Shown here one piece after another: positions 23,558-24,000 of a stretch of DNA of 24,000 nt (position 1 is its first letter; each line of letters begins with the position of its first letter). This DNA is from Candidatus Caldarchaeum sp. (lineage in GTDB: Archaea > Thermoproteota > Nitrososphaeria_A > Caldarchaeales > Caldarchaeaceae): contig JAVYLK010000006.1 of the NCBI GenBank assembly GCA_038740895.1, positions 1-24,000 of the forward strand, read 5' to 3'. Under the pieces are notes generated by a model. It made no database searches, had not been told where the DNA came from, and was given only the letters and a program-made list of their open reading frames with translations. The position numbers and the translations under genes were made by a program.

Positions 23558-23971
23558 TTATTTCAATGGAACATACATGCTGCTTCTTGTCGCGCCTACG
23601 CCAGCCCTGCCGTGGACGACTTTCTTGTTTGTGACGACGTATTCGCCGAGCCTGTGGCCGATCATCTCAGGAACGATCTCGACGGGCTGAAACTCCTTAC
23701 CGTTGTGAACGTGGATGGTTAACCCGACCATCTCGGGGATTACAACCATGTCCCTGCAGTGTGTCTTAATCGGCTTCTCAAGCCTCTGCCCCGACTCTAG
23801 AAGCTTCCTAGCCTTACGCACCTTGACCAACAGCTTGGACTGCGCAGGAGTGAGCCCTCTCTTGTAGAGGCTTCTCCTAGCCCTGCTGGGCAGGAGCTTT
23901 ATCACTGCATCCATGCTCATGGACGTGAGCTGCTCGACAGTGTAGCCTCTGTAGGTGAACTCCCGAACCAT
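23558..23971 (-). CDS. rps19: 30S ribosomal protein S19 (uS19), archaeal
   Basis: 137 aa; [72 protein letters not shown]. Confidence 0.97.
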   Translation of the reverse strand: MVREFTYRGYTVEQLTSMSMDAVIKLLPSRARRSLYKRGLTPAQSKLLVKVRKARKLLESGQRLEKPIKTHCRDMVVIPEMVGLTIHVHNGKEFQPVEIVPEMIGHRLGEYVVTNKKVVHGRAGVGATRSSMYVPLK

Positions 23972-24000
23972 TACCAGCCGTCAAGGCAGACCGCCTGCAT

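Noticed and set aside
1-24000. CRISPR arrays, transposons, toxin-antitoxin or defence systems
   Set aside because: No regularly spaced repeats, transposase, cas or recognised defence-type proteins found on reading the window and ORF track.

Overview
This is an archaeal chromosomal window. The gene complement (TBP-type TATA boxes, intron-containing tRNAs, ESCRT-III/CdvB-like protein, archaeal LeuRS, uS19, TatA, NBP35/Mrp) fits a Thaumarchaeota/Aigarchaeota/Crenarchaeota-type thermophile, but lineage is inference only. It encodes a COG1709-like HTH regulator, an operon with a membrane-anchored Hsp20-like protein and a UPF0182 giant membrane protein, a PMT/GT39-like glycosyltransferase, a PRC-barrel + zinc-ribbon protein, a MazG-like protein, TatA, a form II CoxL-like molybdenum hydroxylase large subunit without its partners, a NitT/TauT/THI5-like ABC transporter, a DsrE-like protein, LeuS, ESCRT-III-like protein, two polytopic membrane proteins (one ECF S-component-like), a CBS/HPF-like protein, Mrp/NBP35 plus a small zinc-ribbon gene missing from the ORF track, a PUA protein, GYD and SnoaL-like proteins, a Hod-like cofactor-free dioxygenase-family alpha/beta hydrolase with an in-frame TAA, and uS19. 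There are six tRNA genes, three of them with predicted introns. The strongest observations are: (1) a tRNA-Arg(UCU) gene with two noncanonical introns, one in the D-stem and one inside the T-stem with an excellent bulge-helix-bulge; (2) a sister tRNA-Arg(GCG) gene with a D-stem intron at the same position, overlapping the 3' end of the coxL-like gene; (3) the Hod-like gene whose TATA-box-predicted leaderless start lies upstream of an in-frame stop; (4) an overlooked small zinc-ribbon gene coupled by a 4-nt TTGA overlap to mrp; and (5) a CBS protein with an apparent ribosome-hibernation-factor-like C-terminal domain. No CRISPR array, transposon or defence island was seen.
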